NCBI GenBank assembly: GCA_046295035.1
Contig: JBKBOA010000001.1
Location: 42,018 to 106,017 of the forward strand
Direction: 5' to 3'
From: Phreatobacter sp.
GTDB lineage: Bacteria; Pseudomonadota; Alphaproteobacteria; Rhizobiales; Phreatobacteraceae
DNA length: 64,000 bases
A model generated the notes under the pieces. It saw only the letters and a program-made list of their open reading frames with translations. It was not told the origin of the DNA and searched no databases. Both the position numbers and the translations under genes were made by a program. Shown one piece after another: positions 9,295 through 19,165 of the stretch; the first letter of the stretch is position 1; each line of letters opens with the position of its first letter.

Positions 9295-12039
9295 TCACTG
9301 GGCAGGCTGAAGGGCGGGGGCCGCGCGCATCCGCTCGACGTCGTGCAGGACGCCGCCGCGGCGCGTGTAGACCGCCCAGGTGATGGCGATGCAGGTGAGG
9401 TAGAAGACGAAGAAGGCCCACAGCGCGCCATCGACCGAGCCGGTCATGGCGATCGAGGTGCCGTAGGCCTTGGGGATGAAGAAGCCGCCATAGGCGCCGA
9501 TGGCCGAGGAGAAGCCGATGATCGCCGCGGCCTCCATCTCGGCCTGTCGGGTGCGGGTCGGCTCGTCAACGCCCGGCATGAGCCGGCTCATGTCCTTGCG
9601 CATGATCGCGGGGATCATCTGGAAGGTGGAGGCATTGCCGATGCCGGTCAGCGTGAACAGCGCCATGAAGCTGACGAAGAAGCCCACGAACGCGCCCGGC
9701 TGGTCCTTGATGGAGATGAAGTAGAGGACCGCCAGCACCGCCACCGCCATGCCGGAGAACACCCACAGCGTCACCCGGCCGCCCCCCCACCGGTCAGAGA
9801 CCCACCCGGTCATCGAGCGTGAGACGGCACCGACCAGCGGCCCGAGGAAGGCCAGTTGCAGGGCGTCGATGTGCGGGAACAGCGTCTTGGTCAGCAGCGG
9901 GAAGCCGGCCGAATAGCCGATGAACGAGCCGAAGGTGCCCACATAGAGCCAGCACATGATCCAGGTGTGCCGGCGCTGGAAGATGACGGCCTGATCGGCG
10001 AAGGACGCCTTCATGCTGGCAAGGTCATCCATGCCGAACCACGCCGCGAGGGCCGCGGCGACGATGAACGGCACCCAGATGAAGCCGGCGTTCTGCAGGA
10101 ACAGCCGCTCGCCAGTCGTGGCCATCTGGGGATCACCGCCGAGCCAGCCGAACACCCCGACGGTGATGACCAGGGGCACGACGAACTGGACGACCGACAC
10201 GCCAAGATTGCCAAGGCCGGCATTCAGCGCCAGGGCGTTGCCCTTTTCGGCCTTCGGGAAGAAGAAGGCGATATTGGCCATGGAGGAGGCAAAATTGGCA
10301 CCGCCGAAGCCGCAGAGCAGGGCGAGCGCCAGGAAGGCCACGTAGGGCGTGCTCGGATTCTGCACCGCAAGGCCGATGCCGATCGCCGGGATCAGCAGTG
10401 ACCAGGTGGCCAGCGTGGTCCATAGCCGGCCGCCAAAGACCGGCGGCATGAAGCCATAGGCAATGCGCAGGGTGGCGCCCGACAGCGCCGGGAGAGCCGC
10501 CAGCCAGAACAGCTGGTCGGTGGTGAAGCGGAAGCCGACAGCCGGCAACTTGGCGACCACCACCGACCAGACCATCCAGACCGCGAAGGCAAGCAGGAGA
10601 TTGGGGATCGAGATCCAGAGGTTGCGGGTTGCGATGGCCTTGCCCTTCGAGGCCCAGAAGTCGGGATCCTCGGGACGCCAGTCCTGGATCGCGCCCGTCG
10701 CGGCCAGCGCGCCCTTCTGCGCGGGCCCGTGGATCGGCTGCATCTCGGGAAGCTCGGGCAGGCTCTCGCGGGCGACGCCGGCCTCGCGCGCCTCGCGCTC
10801 CATCGCGAGGATGGCGAAGTGCATCCAGACGAGCGCCACGGCGGCGATGGCGAAGAGCAGCCAGAAGCAGCTCTGCCAGACGCCGGTCAGATCGTTGAGC
10901 AAACCGAAGACAATGGGAAGGACGAAGCCGCCAAGGCCACCGATCAGGCCGACGATGCCGCCGACCGGGCCCACGCGATTCGGGTAATAGACGGGGATGT
11001 GCTTGTAGACCGCCGCCTTGCCGAGGCTCATGAAGAAGCCGAGCACGAAGGTCAGCACGATGAAGGCACCAAGCCCGATCTCGAGGTGGAAGGTCACCGT
11101 GCCGGTCGTGGTGCGCACAATGTAGTCGGCCGGTGGATAGGACAGGATGAAGGTGCAACCGACCGAGACCAGGAAGGTCCAGTACATGACCGTGCGTGCA
11201 CCGACCTTGTCGGAGAGATGGCCGCCATAGGCACGGAAGATCGAGGCCGGGATCGAATAGGCGGCGCCGACCATGCCGGCCGTCGCGATGTCGAGGCCAT
11301 AGACGCCGATCAGGTAGCGCGGCAGCCAGAGCGCCAGCGCCACGAAGGCACCGAATACGAAGAAGTAGTACAGGGAGAAGCGCCAGACCTGGACGTTCTT
11401 CAGGGGCTCGACCAGCGCAGAGATCGGCTCGGGCTTCTGCCCGCTGGCCTTGCGCCGGGCGAGGTCGGGATCATCGCGTGTGAACAGGAAGAACACGACC
11501 GCCATCGCGGCCAGCACGGTCGCCCAGACGATGGCGACCATGCGCCAGCCATAGGCGATCATGATGAAGGGAGCGATGAACTTGGTCACCGCCGCACCGA
11601 CATTGCCAGCCCCGAAGATGCCAAGCGCGGTGCCCTGCTTCTCCTTGGGATACCATTTGGAGACATAGGCGATGCCGACGGCAAAGGATCCGCCGGCAAT
11701 GCCGACGCCAAGCGCGGCGACCAGGAAGGTCGGATAGTCGTAGGCGAAGACCAGCAGGAACGTGGCAACCGCCGCCGACATCATGGTGGCCGAAAAGACG
11801 ATCCGGCCCCCGTACTGGTCGGTCCAGATGCCGAGGATCAGGCGGATCAGCGAGCCGGTGAGGATCGGCGTACCCACGAGCAGGCCGAACTGGGTTTCGG
11901 TGAGATCGAGATCCCTTTTGATCTGGACGCCGATGATCGAGAAGATCGTCCAGACCGCAAAGCAGACGGTAAAGGCGAGCGTCGACAGCCAGAGAGCTCT
12001 CGACTGGTCGCGGGAGGAAGCGGACGGCACGCTGGTCAT
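9295..12039 (-). CDS. narK: Fused NarK1-NarK2 nitrate/nitrite MFS transporter (two MFS domains)
   Basis: Two 12-TM MFS halves, each with nitrate signature motifs (GIFGAGNVG; NAGLGNLGVS; GIGNASTFQMIP); linker ...DWRPEDPDFW; 914 aa. Confidence 0.95.
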   Translation of the reverse strand: MTSVPSASSRDQSRALWLSTLAFTVCFAVWTIFSIIGVQIKRDLDLTETQFGLLVGTPILTGSLIRLILGIWTDQYGGRIVFSATMMSAAVATFLLVFAYDYPTFLVAALGVGIAGGSFAVGIAYVSKWYPKEKQGTALGIFGAGNVGAAVTKFIAPFIMIAYGWRMVAIVWATVLAAMAVVFFLFTRDDPDLARRKASGQKPEPISALVEPLKNVQVWRFSLYYFFVFGAFVALALWLPRYLIGVYGLDIATAGMVGAAYSIPASIFRAYGGHLSDKVGARTVMYWTFLVSVGCTFILSYPPADYIVRTTTGTVTFHLEIGLGAFIVLTFVLGFFMSLGKAAVYKHIPVYYPNRVGPVGGIVGLIGGLGGFVLPIVFGLLNDLTGVWQSCFWLLFAIAAVALVWMHFAILAMEREAREAGVARESLPELPEMQPIHGPAQKGALAATGAIQDWRPEDPDFWASKGKAIATRNLWISIPNLLLAFAVWMVWSVVVAKLPAVGFRFTTDQLFWLAALPALSGATLRIAYGFMPPVFGGRLWTTLATWSLLIPAIGIGLAVQNPSTPYVAFLALALLCGFGGANFASSMANIAFFFPKAEKGNALALNAGLGNLGVSVVQFVVPLVITVGVFGWLGGDPQMATTGERLFLQNAGFIWVPFIVAAALAAWFGMDDLASMKASFADQAVIFQRRHTWIMCWLYVGTFGSFIGYSAGFPLLTKTLFPHIDALQLAFLGPLVGAVSRSMTGWVSDRWGGGRVTLWVFSGMAVAVLAVLYFISIKDQPGAFVGFFVSFMALFTLTGIGNASTFQMIPAIMRKDMSRLMPGVDEPTRTRQAEMEAAAIIGFSSAIGAYGGFFIPKAYGTSIAMTGSVDGALWAFFVFYLTCIAITWAVYTRRGGVLHDVERMRAAPALQPAQ

Positions 12040-12124
12040 GGCTATCGCCCTTGTTCGGGGGCGCCGCCGACCGAATCCGCGGCACCCGGTGCCGAGATGA
12101 AAGTCCGGATCGCCTCTGTCGGTA

Positions 12125-12138
12125 TTGATTGAAATCAA
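12125..12138. promoter_or_regulatory. FNR-type box upstream of narK
   Basis: Exact TTGAT-TGAA-ATCAA about 86 bp upstream of the narK ATG, in an AT-rich divergent intergenic region. Confidence 0.9.
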
Positions 12139-12289
12139 GACACACGATGGGTTTGACGCGATTTATTGCAACATTGATCATAGTTATTCTCATAACTACT
12201 CTATATCACATACGGTATTGACGCACGATACTTCGATGTTTGACTTTGGGTAAATTTCGTCCAGACTTCGGTCAGGGAGGGCCTTAAGC

Positions 12290-12994
12290 GTGCGACCCGG
12301 CGACATCGAGACAGTGCGTCGCCTGCCGCTGTTCGCGGACATGGCGGGGGCGGAGTTCGAGGCCCTGATCCAGGCCGCCTTCCTGCAGCGGTTTCCGCCG
12401 CAGATGCTGCTCATTCACGAGGGCGATCGCGCCGATTTCCTGCACATCGTTGTGGAGGGCCTGGTCGAGATGTTCGCCACCCACGCAGGGCGGGAGACCA
12501 CCATCGGCTTCCTGAAGCCGGTCTCGACCTTCATCCTGGCGGCGGTGCTGGTCGACAAGGTCTATCTGCAATCGGCCCGCACGCTCCAACCCTCGCGCAT
12601 CCTGATGATCCCGGCGGAGGCGATCCGCGCCGTCTTTGCACGCGATGCCGCCTTTGCCCGCGCCGTGGTCTGCGAGCTGGCCGAGCGCTACCGCGAGATG
12701 GTGCGCGAGGTGAAGGCACAGAAGATGCGCCTCGGGCTGGAACGGCTCGCTGCCTGGATTGTTGCCCATGGCGAGCGCCGCGGCGACCGGCTCGTCACCA
12801 CCCTGCCCTTCGAGAAGGTGAAACTGGCGAGCTTCCTCGGCATGACCCGCGAGAGCCTGTCGCGCAGCTTCGCGGCGCTCGCCGAACACGGTGTCACGGT
12901 GCAGGGGCGGACGGTCACCTGCACCGATGCCGATGCCCTCGTGCGATTGTCGCGCCCAGACCCGCTGATGGACGGTCCGGGTGGTGCGGGGTGA
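12290..12994 (+). CDS. Crp/Fnr-family regulator, NarR/Dnr-like (no N-terminal Cys cluster)
   Basis: cNMP-binding-like domain plus HTH LASFLGMTRESLSR (ExxSR); GTG start with GGGAGG RBS; divergent from narK like Paracoccus narR. Confidence 0.88.
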   Translation: MRPGDIETVRRLPLFADMAGAEFEALIQAAFLQRFPPQMLLIHEGDRADFLHIVVEGLVEMFATHAGRETTIGFLKPVSTFILAAVLVDKVYLQSARTLQPSRILMIPAEAIRAVFARDAAFARAVVCELAERYREMVREVKAQKMRLGLERLAAWIVAHGERRGDRLVTTLPFEKVKLASFLGMTRESLSRSFAALAEHGVTVQGRTVTCTDADALVRLSRPDPLMDGPGGAG

Positions 12995-13011
12995 GCTCCT
13001 CGCGGTCTGCC

Positions 13012-13040
13012 GCCGGCCCCGCGTGCCGCCAGGGGCCGGC
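13012..13040. terminator. GC-rich hairpin between convergent regulator and uvrD
   Basis: GCCGGCCCC-N11-GGGGCCGGC; no U-tract. Confidence 0.45.
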
Positions 13041-13042
13041 CA

Positions 13043-15490
13043 TCACGCCGCCTCGACGAAACTGTCCACCACCTTCTTCTCGCCGGCCTTGTCGAACTGG
13101 ACGGTGAGCTTGTTGCCGTCGGCGGCGACCACGTCGCCATAGCCGAACTTCAGGTGGAAGACCCGGTCGCCGGGCTGGAAGCGCGACGGCTCGCCGGTCG
13201 ACCGGGCGATCAGTTCCCCCTCGATCGTGCGTCCTCCGCCCGAACGATCGGTGAGCCGGCCCTGGAAGCCGCCGCGCCCTTCGGCATAGCTGGAACCGAA
13301 GGCCTGGCTGCCCGAGCGGCCGGTGAAGCGGGCCTGCGCCTCATTCAGCGAGCGCTGCGCCTGCGCGCGCTGCCAGCCGGGCGTGGCATAGGTGGACGAG
13401 AAGCTCTCCACCCGGTCGAAGCGGCTCTGGCCAGGACCGCCGGCAAAGCCGCCGCGTGCCATTCCGCCATAGCCGGACGTGCCGAGCCCCTCCGTGATCT
13501 CCACATGCTCGGCGGGCAGATCATTGACGAAGCGGCTGGGAATGGTCGACTGCCACAGGCCGTGGATGCGCCTGTTGCCGGCGAAATAGATCTTCGCGCG
13601 CCGGCGCGCGCGGGTAATGCCGACATAGGCGAGCCGCCGCTCCTCCTCGAGCCCTGCCCGGCCGTTCTCGTCGAGCGCCCGCTGGTGGGGGAACAGACCC
13701 TCCTCCCAGCCGGGCAGGAACACGGTGTCGAACTCCAGCCCCTTGGCCGAATGCAGCGTCATGATCGAGACGGCATCCTCCACATCGCCCTCGCCGCGCG
13801 CCTCGGTGACCAGGGCGATGTGCTCGAGGAAGCCGGCGAGGTTCTCGAACTCCTCCATGGAGCGGACCAGCTCCTTCAGGTTCTCCAGGCGGCCGGCGCC
13901 TTCCGCCGTGCGGTCCTTCTGCCACATCTCGGTATAGCCGCTCTCGTCGAGCACGAGCTGGGCGAGCTCGCTGTGCGGCAGGGTCTCGATCTGGGCCGAC
14001 CATCGCTCGAAGCTGTCGAGCAGATCCTTCAGCGCCCGCCGGGGCTTGGGCTTCATCTCCTCGGTCTCGACCAGCACGCGGGCCGCCTGCATCAGCGGCA
14101 CGCCCTGCGCCCGCGCATGGTCATGAAGCTGCTGTAGCGTGGCATCGCCGAGCCCCCGCTTCGGCGTGTTGATGATGCGCTCGAAGGCCAGATCATCGGA
14201 CGGCTGCGCCACGCAGCGCAGATAGGCGAGGGCATCGCGGATCTCGAGCCGCTCGTAGAAACGCGGGCCGCCGATCACCCGGTAGGGCAGGCCGATGGTG
14301 ATGAAGCGGTCCTCGAACTCGCGCATCTGGAACGAGGCGCGCACCAGGATCGCGGTCTCGTTCAGCGGATGGCCCTGGCGCTGGAGCTGCTCCAGCTCCT
14401 CGCCGATCGAGCGGGCCTCCTCCTCCGAATCCCAGACGGAGGTCAGGGTCGGCTTGTGGCCGTCCTCGCCGTCGGTGAACAGCGTCTTGCCGAGACGGCC
14501 CTCGTTGTGGGCGATCAGATGCGCGGCGGCAGCCAGGATATGGCCGGTGGAGCGGTAGTTGCGCTCCAGGCGGATCACGGTCGCGTCGGGGAAATCCTTG
14601 TCGAACCGCAGGATGTTGTCGACCTCGGCGCCGCGCCAGCCATAGATCGACTGATCGTCGTCGCCGACGCAGCAGATGTTCTGGGGACGGCCCTCCTGGC
14701 GCTGGGCGAGCAGGCGCAGCCAGAGATACTGGGCCACGTTCGTGTCCTGATACTCGTCCACCAGGATGAACCGGAACCGGCGCTGATATTCGCCCAGCAC
14801 CTCGGGATTCTCGCGGAACAGGCGGATGGTCTCCAGCAGCAGGTCGCCGAAATCGACCGCGTTCAGCACCTTCAGGCGCGCCTGGTAGTCGGCATAGAGC
14901 TTCAGGCCGAGGCCGTTGGCATAGGCCGCCGCCTCGCCGGCCGGAACCTTATCGGGGGTGAGCGCCCGGTTCTTCCAGCCGTCGATGGCGCCGGCCAGCA
15001 CGCGCGCCGGCCAGCGCTTCTCGTCGATATTCTCCGCCTGGATCAGCTGCTTGAGCAGCCGGATCTGGTCGTCCGTATCGAGGATGGTGAAGCCGGGCTT
15101 CAGCCCCACCAGCTCGGCATGGCGGCGCAGGATCTTGACGCCGGTGGCGTGGAAGGTGCCGAGCCAGGGCATGCCCTCCACCGCCTCGCCGACGAGATGG
15201 CCGATGCGCTCCTTCATCTCGCGGGCGGCCTTGTTGGTGAAGGTGACCGCCAGGATCTCGGAGGGGAAGGCCCGCCGCTGCGACAGGATATGGGCGATGC
15301 GGGTGGTCAGCACGCGCGTCTTGCCGGTGCCGGCGCCGGCGAGGACCAGCACCGGCCCGTCCAGGGTCTCCACGGCCGCCCGCTGCTCCGGGTTGAGCCC
15401 GGCGAGATAGCCGGCGGCCGCCTGGCTGCCGCGCGCGGCCATGGCCCTTTCGGCAAGGCTCGGCTGGCGGGAGGCGGCAGGGTCGGTCAT
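13043..15490 (-). CDS. uvrD: ATP-dependent DNA helicase UvrD/PcrA
   Basis: LNPEQ, AGAGTGKT, VDEYQDTN, VGDDDQSIYGWRGA, LERNYRS, MTLHSAKGLEF, EEERRLAYVGITRA; C-terminal GDRVFHLKFGYG domain. Confidence 0.97.
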   Translation of the reverse strand: MTDPAASRQPSLAERAMAARGSQAAAGYLAGLNPEQRAAVETLDGPVLVLAGAGTGKTRVLTTRIAHILSQRRAFPSEILAVTFTNKAAREMKERIGHLVGEAVEGMPWLGTFHATGVKILRRHAELVGLKPGFTILDTDDQIRLLKQLIQAENIDEKRWPARVLAGAIDGWKNRALTPDKVPAGEAAAYANGLGLKLYADYQARLKVLNAVDFGDLLLETIRLFRENPEVLGEYQRRFRFILVDEYQDTNVAQYLWLRLLAQRQEGRPQNICCVGDDDQSIYGWRGAEVDNILRFDKDFPDATVIRLERNYRSTGHILAAAAHLIAHNEGRLGKTLFTDGEDGHKPTLTSVWDSEEEARSIGEELEQLQRQGHPLNETAILVRASFQMREFEDRFITIGLPYRVIGGPRFYERLEIRDALAYLRCVAQPSDDLAFERIINTPKRGLGDATLQQLHDHARAQGVPLMQAARVLVETEEMKPKPRRALKDLLDSFERWSAQIETLPHSELAQLVLDESGYTEMWQKDRTAEGAGRLENLKELVRSMEEFENLAGFLEHIALVTEARGEGDVEDAVSIMTLHSAKGLEFDTVFLPGWEEGLFPHQRALDENGRAGLEEERRLAYVGITRARRRAKIYFAGNRRIHGLWQSTIPSRFVNDLPAEHVEITEGLGTSGYGGMARGGFAGGPGQSRFDRVESFSSTYATPGWQRAQAQRSLNEAQARFTGRSGSQAFGSSYAEGRGGFQGRLTDRSGGGRTIEGELIARSTGEPSRFQPGDRVFHLKFGYGDVVAADGNKLTVQFDKAGEKKVVDSFVEAA

Positions 15491-15677
15491 GGAGGCGCGA
15501 TGTTCCGATTCGGTTCTCCGACAAAATGGGGTCTTTGGGCGCCGAAGCCAACCGCCAGGCGGCAGCGGCGCCATTCGCGCGGAACGATCTGAAACCGCGC
15601 GGTCACGCACGCGGCATGGCACCGCAAGGCCTCAGGCCTATCCAGGCCGCATGTCGCCCCCGTCCACGGAGCCTGCC

Positions 15678-16034
15678 ATGACCTTCCGCCTGTCCTGCCC
15701 GCTTGCCTGCGGGCTGGCGCTTGCCCTGCTCGCCGGCCTCATCGTCTCCACGCCCGCCGGTGCCACCGCTGCTGTCTGCTCCATCCGGCAGAGGCCCGAC
15801 GGCTTTGCCGCGCTGCGGCAGGCGCCCTCGCGCGACAGCCGCCTCATCCGGCGCATGCCCGGCGGCCATGCGGTCGCCATGCACCATGCCGCGCCGGGGC
15901 GGCCGACCCGTCAGGGTAGCTGGGTACGCGTGACGCACTGGGCCGATGGCGAGCTGCAGGCTCCCGGCGATGCCGGCTTTGCGACCGGACGCAGCGGATG
16001 GGTGCATCAGGAGCTGCTCGACGATTGCGGCTGA
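15678..16034 (+). CDS. Secreted SH3b-domain protein
   Basis: Signal peptide, then DGFAALRQAPS...GSWVRV...GRSGWVHQELL typical of bacterial SH3; two Cys in the mature part; GGAG RBS. Confidence 0.75.
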   Translation: MTFRLSCPLACGLALALLAGLIVSTPAGATAAVCSIRQRPDGFAALRQAPSRDSRLIRRMPGGHAVAMHHAAPGRPTRQGSWVRVTHWADGELQAPGDAGFATGRSGWVHQELLDDCG

Positions 16035-16037
16035 GCC

Positions 16038-17378
16038 TCAGGCCGCGCGGGCGTCCTCGAGGAAGGCCGCGATCGCCTCGGCGAGCCCGTCGAGCTGTTG
16101 CGACAGGCTGGCCTGGGCATCGGCGACGGCCTGGCCGGTCTCGCGAACCTGCCCCGCCACCTCGCCCAGCGTCCCGATGCTGGCGGAAACCTGGCGGGTA
16201 TGGCCGGCGCTGAGCCGCATGGTCTCGGCCAGGCTCTCGGTGGCGGCCCCCTGCTCCTCGACGGCACTGGCGATGGAGCCGGCGGTGCCGTTGATCTCGG
16301 TGATCACCTGCGCGATCGAGCCGATGCGGTCCACGGTGGTGCGGGTCGCCTCCTGCATGAGACCGATGCGCTGCGAGATGTCGGTGGTGGCCTGGGCGGT
16401 CTGGGTGGCGAGCTGCTTGACCTCGCTGGCCACGACGGCGAAGCCGCGGCCCGCCTCGCCGGCGCGGGCGGCCTCGATGGTGGCGTTGAGCGCCAGCAGG
16501 TTGGTCTGGCTGGCGATCGAGGAGATCAGGCCGACGACCTCGCCGATCTCGTCGGCGCGTTTCGACAGGGCGGCGATCGAATGGCTCGCCTCCGCGGCGT
16601 CGGCAGAGGCGCGGCGGGCCACCTCGGCCGACTGCCCGGCCTGCTGGCCGATCTCGCGCACGGACTGGGCCAGCTGTTCAACCGCACTGGCGCCCGACTG
16701 GACGTGGGTGGCGGTCTCGCCGGCGGCCGAGGTCACGCCGGCCACCTCGGCAAAGGATCGCTCGGTGGCCTGGTCGAGCGCCTCCGCGCAGGCGCGCAGC
16801 CGGGCCCCGGCCTCGCCGGAGCGCGCCAGCCTTTCGTTGACGGTCGTGGAGAAGGCCTCGATCCGACGGGCAAGCACCTCGGCCCGCTGGCGCCGCTCCT
16901 CGACGACGGCCTCCTGATAGACCGAGATGGCGATGTCCATGTCGAGCATGACCGCCGCGGTGACCGCTCGGATGCGACGGGTGGCCACCTGCGGACGGAA
17001 CCGGTTGGCCCGCAGAAGGACCGTTTCCATCTCGCGCAGGATGAAGGAATAGCCCCCGATGTACCAGCTGGGCTCCAGGCCGATTCGGTGATGCACCTTG
17101 CCGATGCGGCGCGAGGCGGTCTCGTAGTCGGAATCGAAGCGGGCGCTGAACAAGGTCTCCCAGTGCCGCGTCTGGGCCGAAACCAGCCGCGGCACCTGGC
17201 CTGAGACCAGCGCGGCCAGCTGCGGCGGCTTTCCGACATGGGCATAGAAGCCCTCGAGGATTCGGGGCAGGTCGGCCTTCACGTCGTCGAAGGCCGAGCG
17301 CAGGTCGGCTCGGACCTGGTCATCGATACCGTGGAAGGTCAGGCGGGCGGACAGGCCCGCCACGGCGCCAGTGGTCAT
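16038..17378 (-). CDS. Globin-coupled sensor / soluble methyl-accepting chemotaxis protein (HemAT-like), copy 1
   Basis: Protoglobin domain ([31 protein letters not shown]) plus MCP tip [34 protein letters not shown]; no TM; 446 aa. Confidence 0.93.
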   Translation of the reverse strand: MTTGAVAGLSARLTFHGIDDQVRADLRSAFDDVKADLPRILEGFYAHVGKPPQLAALVSGQVPRLVSAQTRHWETLFSARFDSDYETASRRIGKVHHRIGLEPSWYIGGYSFILREMETVLLRANRFRPQVATRRIRAVTAAVMLDMDIAISVYQEAVVEERRQRAEVLARRIEAFSTTVNERLARSGEAGARLRACAEALDQATERSFAEVAGVTSAAGETATHVQSGASAVEQLAQSVREIGQQAGQSAEVARRASADAAEASHSIAALSKRADEIGEVVGLISSIASQTNLLALNATIEAARAGEAGRGFAVVASEVKQLATQTAQATTDISQRIGLMQEATRTTVDRIGSIAQVITEINGTAGSIASAVEEQGAATESLAETMRLSAGHTRQVSASIGTLGEVAGQVRETGQAVADAQASLSQQLDGLAEAIAAFLEDARAA

Positions 17379-17440
17379 GGTGCAGCCTCAGGGGGTCTCT
17401 GGCGAGACAGGTTGGAACGCACAGACCCTCACCATGCGTG

Positions 17441-17456
17441 GTGAATGACGGGTTAA
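17441..17456 (-). promoter_or_regulatory. Putative CtrA box upstream of globin sensor 1
   Basis: Minus strand TTAA-CCCGTCA-TTCAC vs consensus TTAA-N7-TTAAC (1 mismatch). Confidence 0.55.
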
Positions 17457-17512
17457 GGCGTGACCCCTTCGCCTCACGATCTGCCATGCAGCCACGGGCG
17501 AGCGTTCCGCCC

Positions 17513-17526
17513 TTGACGAATGTCAA
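17513..17526. promoter_or_regulatory. FNR/FixK-type box upstream of globin sensor 1
   Basis: TTGAC-GAAT-GTCAA with perfectly palindromic half sites, about 135 bp upstream of the ATG at 17378. Confidence 0.7.
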
Positions 17527-17586
17527 TTGGCGGGCAAGGCAGGGGTCTTGATCCGTCAGGCTGCAACCTGAACACGCGCTTCCGAA

Positions 17587-18927
17587 TCAGGCGGCGCGCG
17601 CCTGGTTCAGGAAGCCATCGATCTCGACCTTGAGACCGTCGATCTGCTCGGCCAGGCTCTGGCGGGCGCGGGCGACGTCGCGGCCGGTCTCCTGGACACG
17701 GCTTGCCACCGCGGCGAGCTGGTCCATGCCGCCGGAGACCTTCTGGGTGTTCTGCGCCGAATCCTGCATCGTCCGCGCGATGCTGGCGGTTGCCGCCGAC
17801 TGTTCCTCGACCGCGGTGGCGATGGAGGTGGCGATGGCGCTCAGCTTCTCGATCACTTCCGCAATGTCGGTGATGCGCTTGACCGTGTCGCCGGTCGCCA
17901 CCTGCATCAGGTTGATGCGGTTGGAGATGTCGGTGGTGGCCCTGGCCGTCTGGCCTGCGAGTGCCTTGACCTCGCTGGCCACGACCGCAAAGCCCCGGCC
18001 GGCCTCGCCCGCGCGCGCGGCCTCGATGGTGGCATTCAGGGCCAGGAGGTTGGTCTGGTCGGCAATCGAATTGATCAGTTCGACCACCTCGCCGATCTCC
18101 TCGGCCCGCTTGGCAAGCGCGCTGATGGCTTCGGTGACCACGGCGGCCTCCTCGGCGGCCCGACGCGCGACATTGGCCGATTCGAGCGACTGCTGGCCGA
18201 TCTCGGCCACCGAAGCGGACATTTCCTCCGTCGCAGCCGCGCCGGCCTGGACGCTCTCGACCGTCAGGCGCGCGGCGCCATTGACGGCGTCCACCTCGGC
18301 AAGCGAGGCGGCGGTGGCCGCATCGAGCGCCGCGGCGCAATCCCGCAGCTGCTGGTTGGAAGCCTCCGAGCGCGCCAGGCGCTCCCCGACACCGGCCGAG
18401 AAGGCCTCGATCGCCTTCGCCAGCGTCTCGCCGCGACGCTGCCGGTCGGTCAGCAGGACGTCCTGATAGACGGAGATGGCCAGGTCCATGTCGACCATGA
18501 TGGCGGCGGTGATCGCCTTGAGCCGCTCAACGGCCACCCCCGGACGGAAGCGGTGGGCGCGAACGATGACGGCATAGAGTTCCTTCATGACATAGGAATA
18601 GCCGCCGATATACCAGCCGGGTTCGAGCCCGATCCGGTGGTGTGTCAGCCCGATCCGCCGGACCCCGGTCTCATAGTCCTCGTCGAAGCGCCCCGAGAAC
18701 AGCCGCTCCCAGTGTCTGGTCTGGGCACCGACGAGACGGGCCTGCTGGCTGCCGATCATGGCCGCCAGGTTGGGCATGGTGCCGACATGGGCATAGAAGC
18801 CCTCGAGGATGCGCGGCAGATCGGCGGCAATGTCCTTCCAGGCGAGTTTCAGCGCCCGGATCGTCTCCTCGTCGATGCCGTGGAAGGCGAGGCGGGATGC
18901 GAGGGTGGTGGCGTTGGTGCCGGTCAT
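17587..18927 (-). CDS. Globin-coupled sensor / soluble MCP (HemAT-like), copy 2
   Basis: Same architecture ([46 protein letters not shown]); start MTGTNATT gives 446 aa, the same as copy 1. Confidence 0.93.
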   Translation of the reverse strand: MTGTNATTLASRLAFHGIDEETIRALKLAWKDIAADLPRILEGFYAHVGTMPNLAAMIGSQQARLVGAQTRHWERLFSGRFDEDYETGVRRIGLTHHRIGLEPGWYIGGYSYVMKELYAVIVRAHRFRPGVAVERLKAITAAIMVDMDLAISVYQDVLLTDRQRRGETLAKAIEAFSAGVGERLARSEASNQQLRDCAAALDAATAASLAEVDAVNGAARLTVESVQAGAAATEEMSASVAEIGQQSLESANVARRAAEEAAVVTEAISALAKRAEEIGEVVELINSIADQTNLLALNATIEAARAGEAGRGFAVVASEVKALAGQTARATTDISNRINLMQVATGDTVKRITDIAEVIEKLSAIATSIATAVEEQSAATASIARTMQDSAQNTQKVSGGMDQLAAVASRVQETGRDVARARQSLAEQIDGLKVEIDGFLNQARAA

Positions 18928-18985
18928 GGCTGAGCCTGTCGAAGAGCTGGAACGCCGGGGGACCGGGACATTTGGCGCCGACAAG

Positions 18986-19001
18986 GTTAATGTCGGCTAA
19001 A
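18986..19001 (-). promoter_or_regulatory. Putative CtrA box upstream of globin sensor 2
   Basis: Minus strand TTTA-GCCGACA-TTAAC (1 mismatch), about 60 bp upstream of the ATG, matching the position of the box in front of copy 1. Confidence 0.6.
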
Positions 19002-19015
19002 CAGGCGGTATCCGG

Positions 19016-19033
19016 ACAGGGGCGAGCACGCAC
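19016..19033 (+). repeat. 18-bp direct repeat, copy 1 (ACAGGGGCGAGCACGCAC)
   Basis: Exact match to 20671..20688; the pair flanks gor. Confidence 0.85.
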
Positions 19034-19149
19034 CTGAAAGCAGACGAACCGATCATCTCATGCGCGGGAAAATCGAACAGAGCGAAAGATGCAACGCGCG
19101 AGCGCAGCAGGCCGCAGCAATACTGCCGAGAACCGATTCAGCCATCATA

Positions 19150-19165
19150 TGATCGCTAGCGATCA
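19150..19165. promoter_or_regulatory. Perfect 16-bp palindrome, possible regulator site
   Basis: TGATCGCTAGCGATCA in a lower-GC intergenic stretch. Confidence 0.4.
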
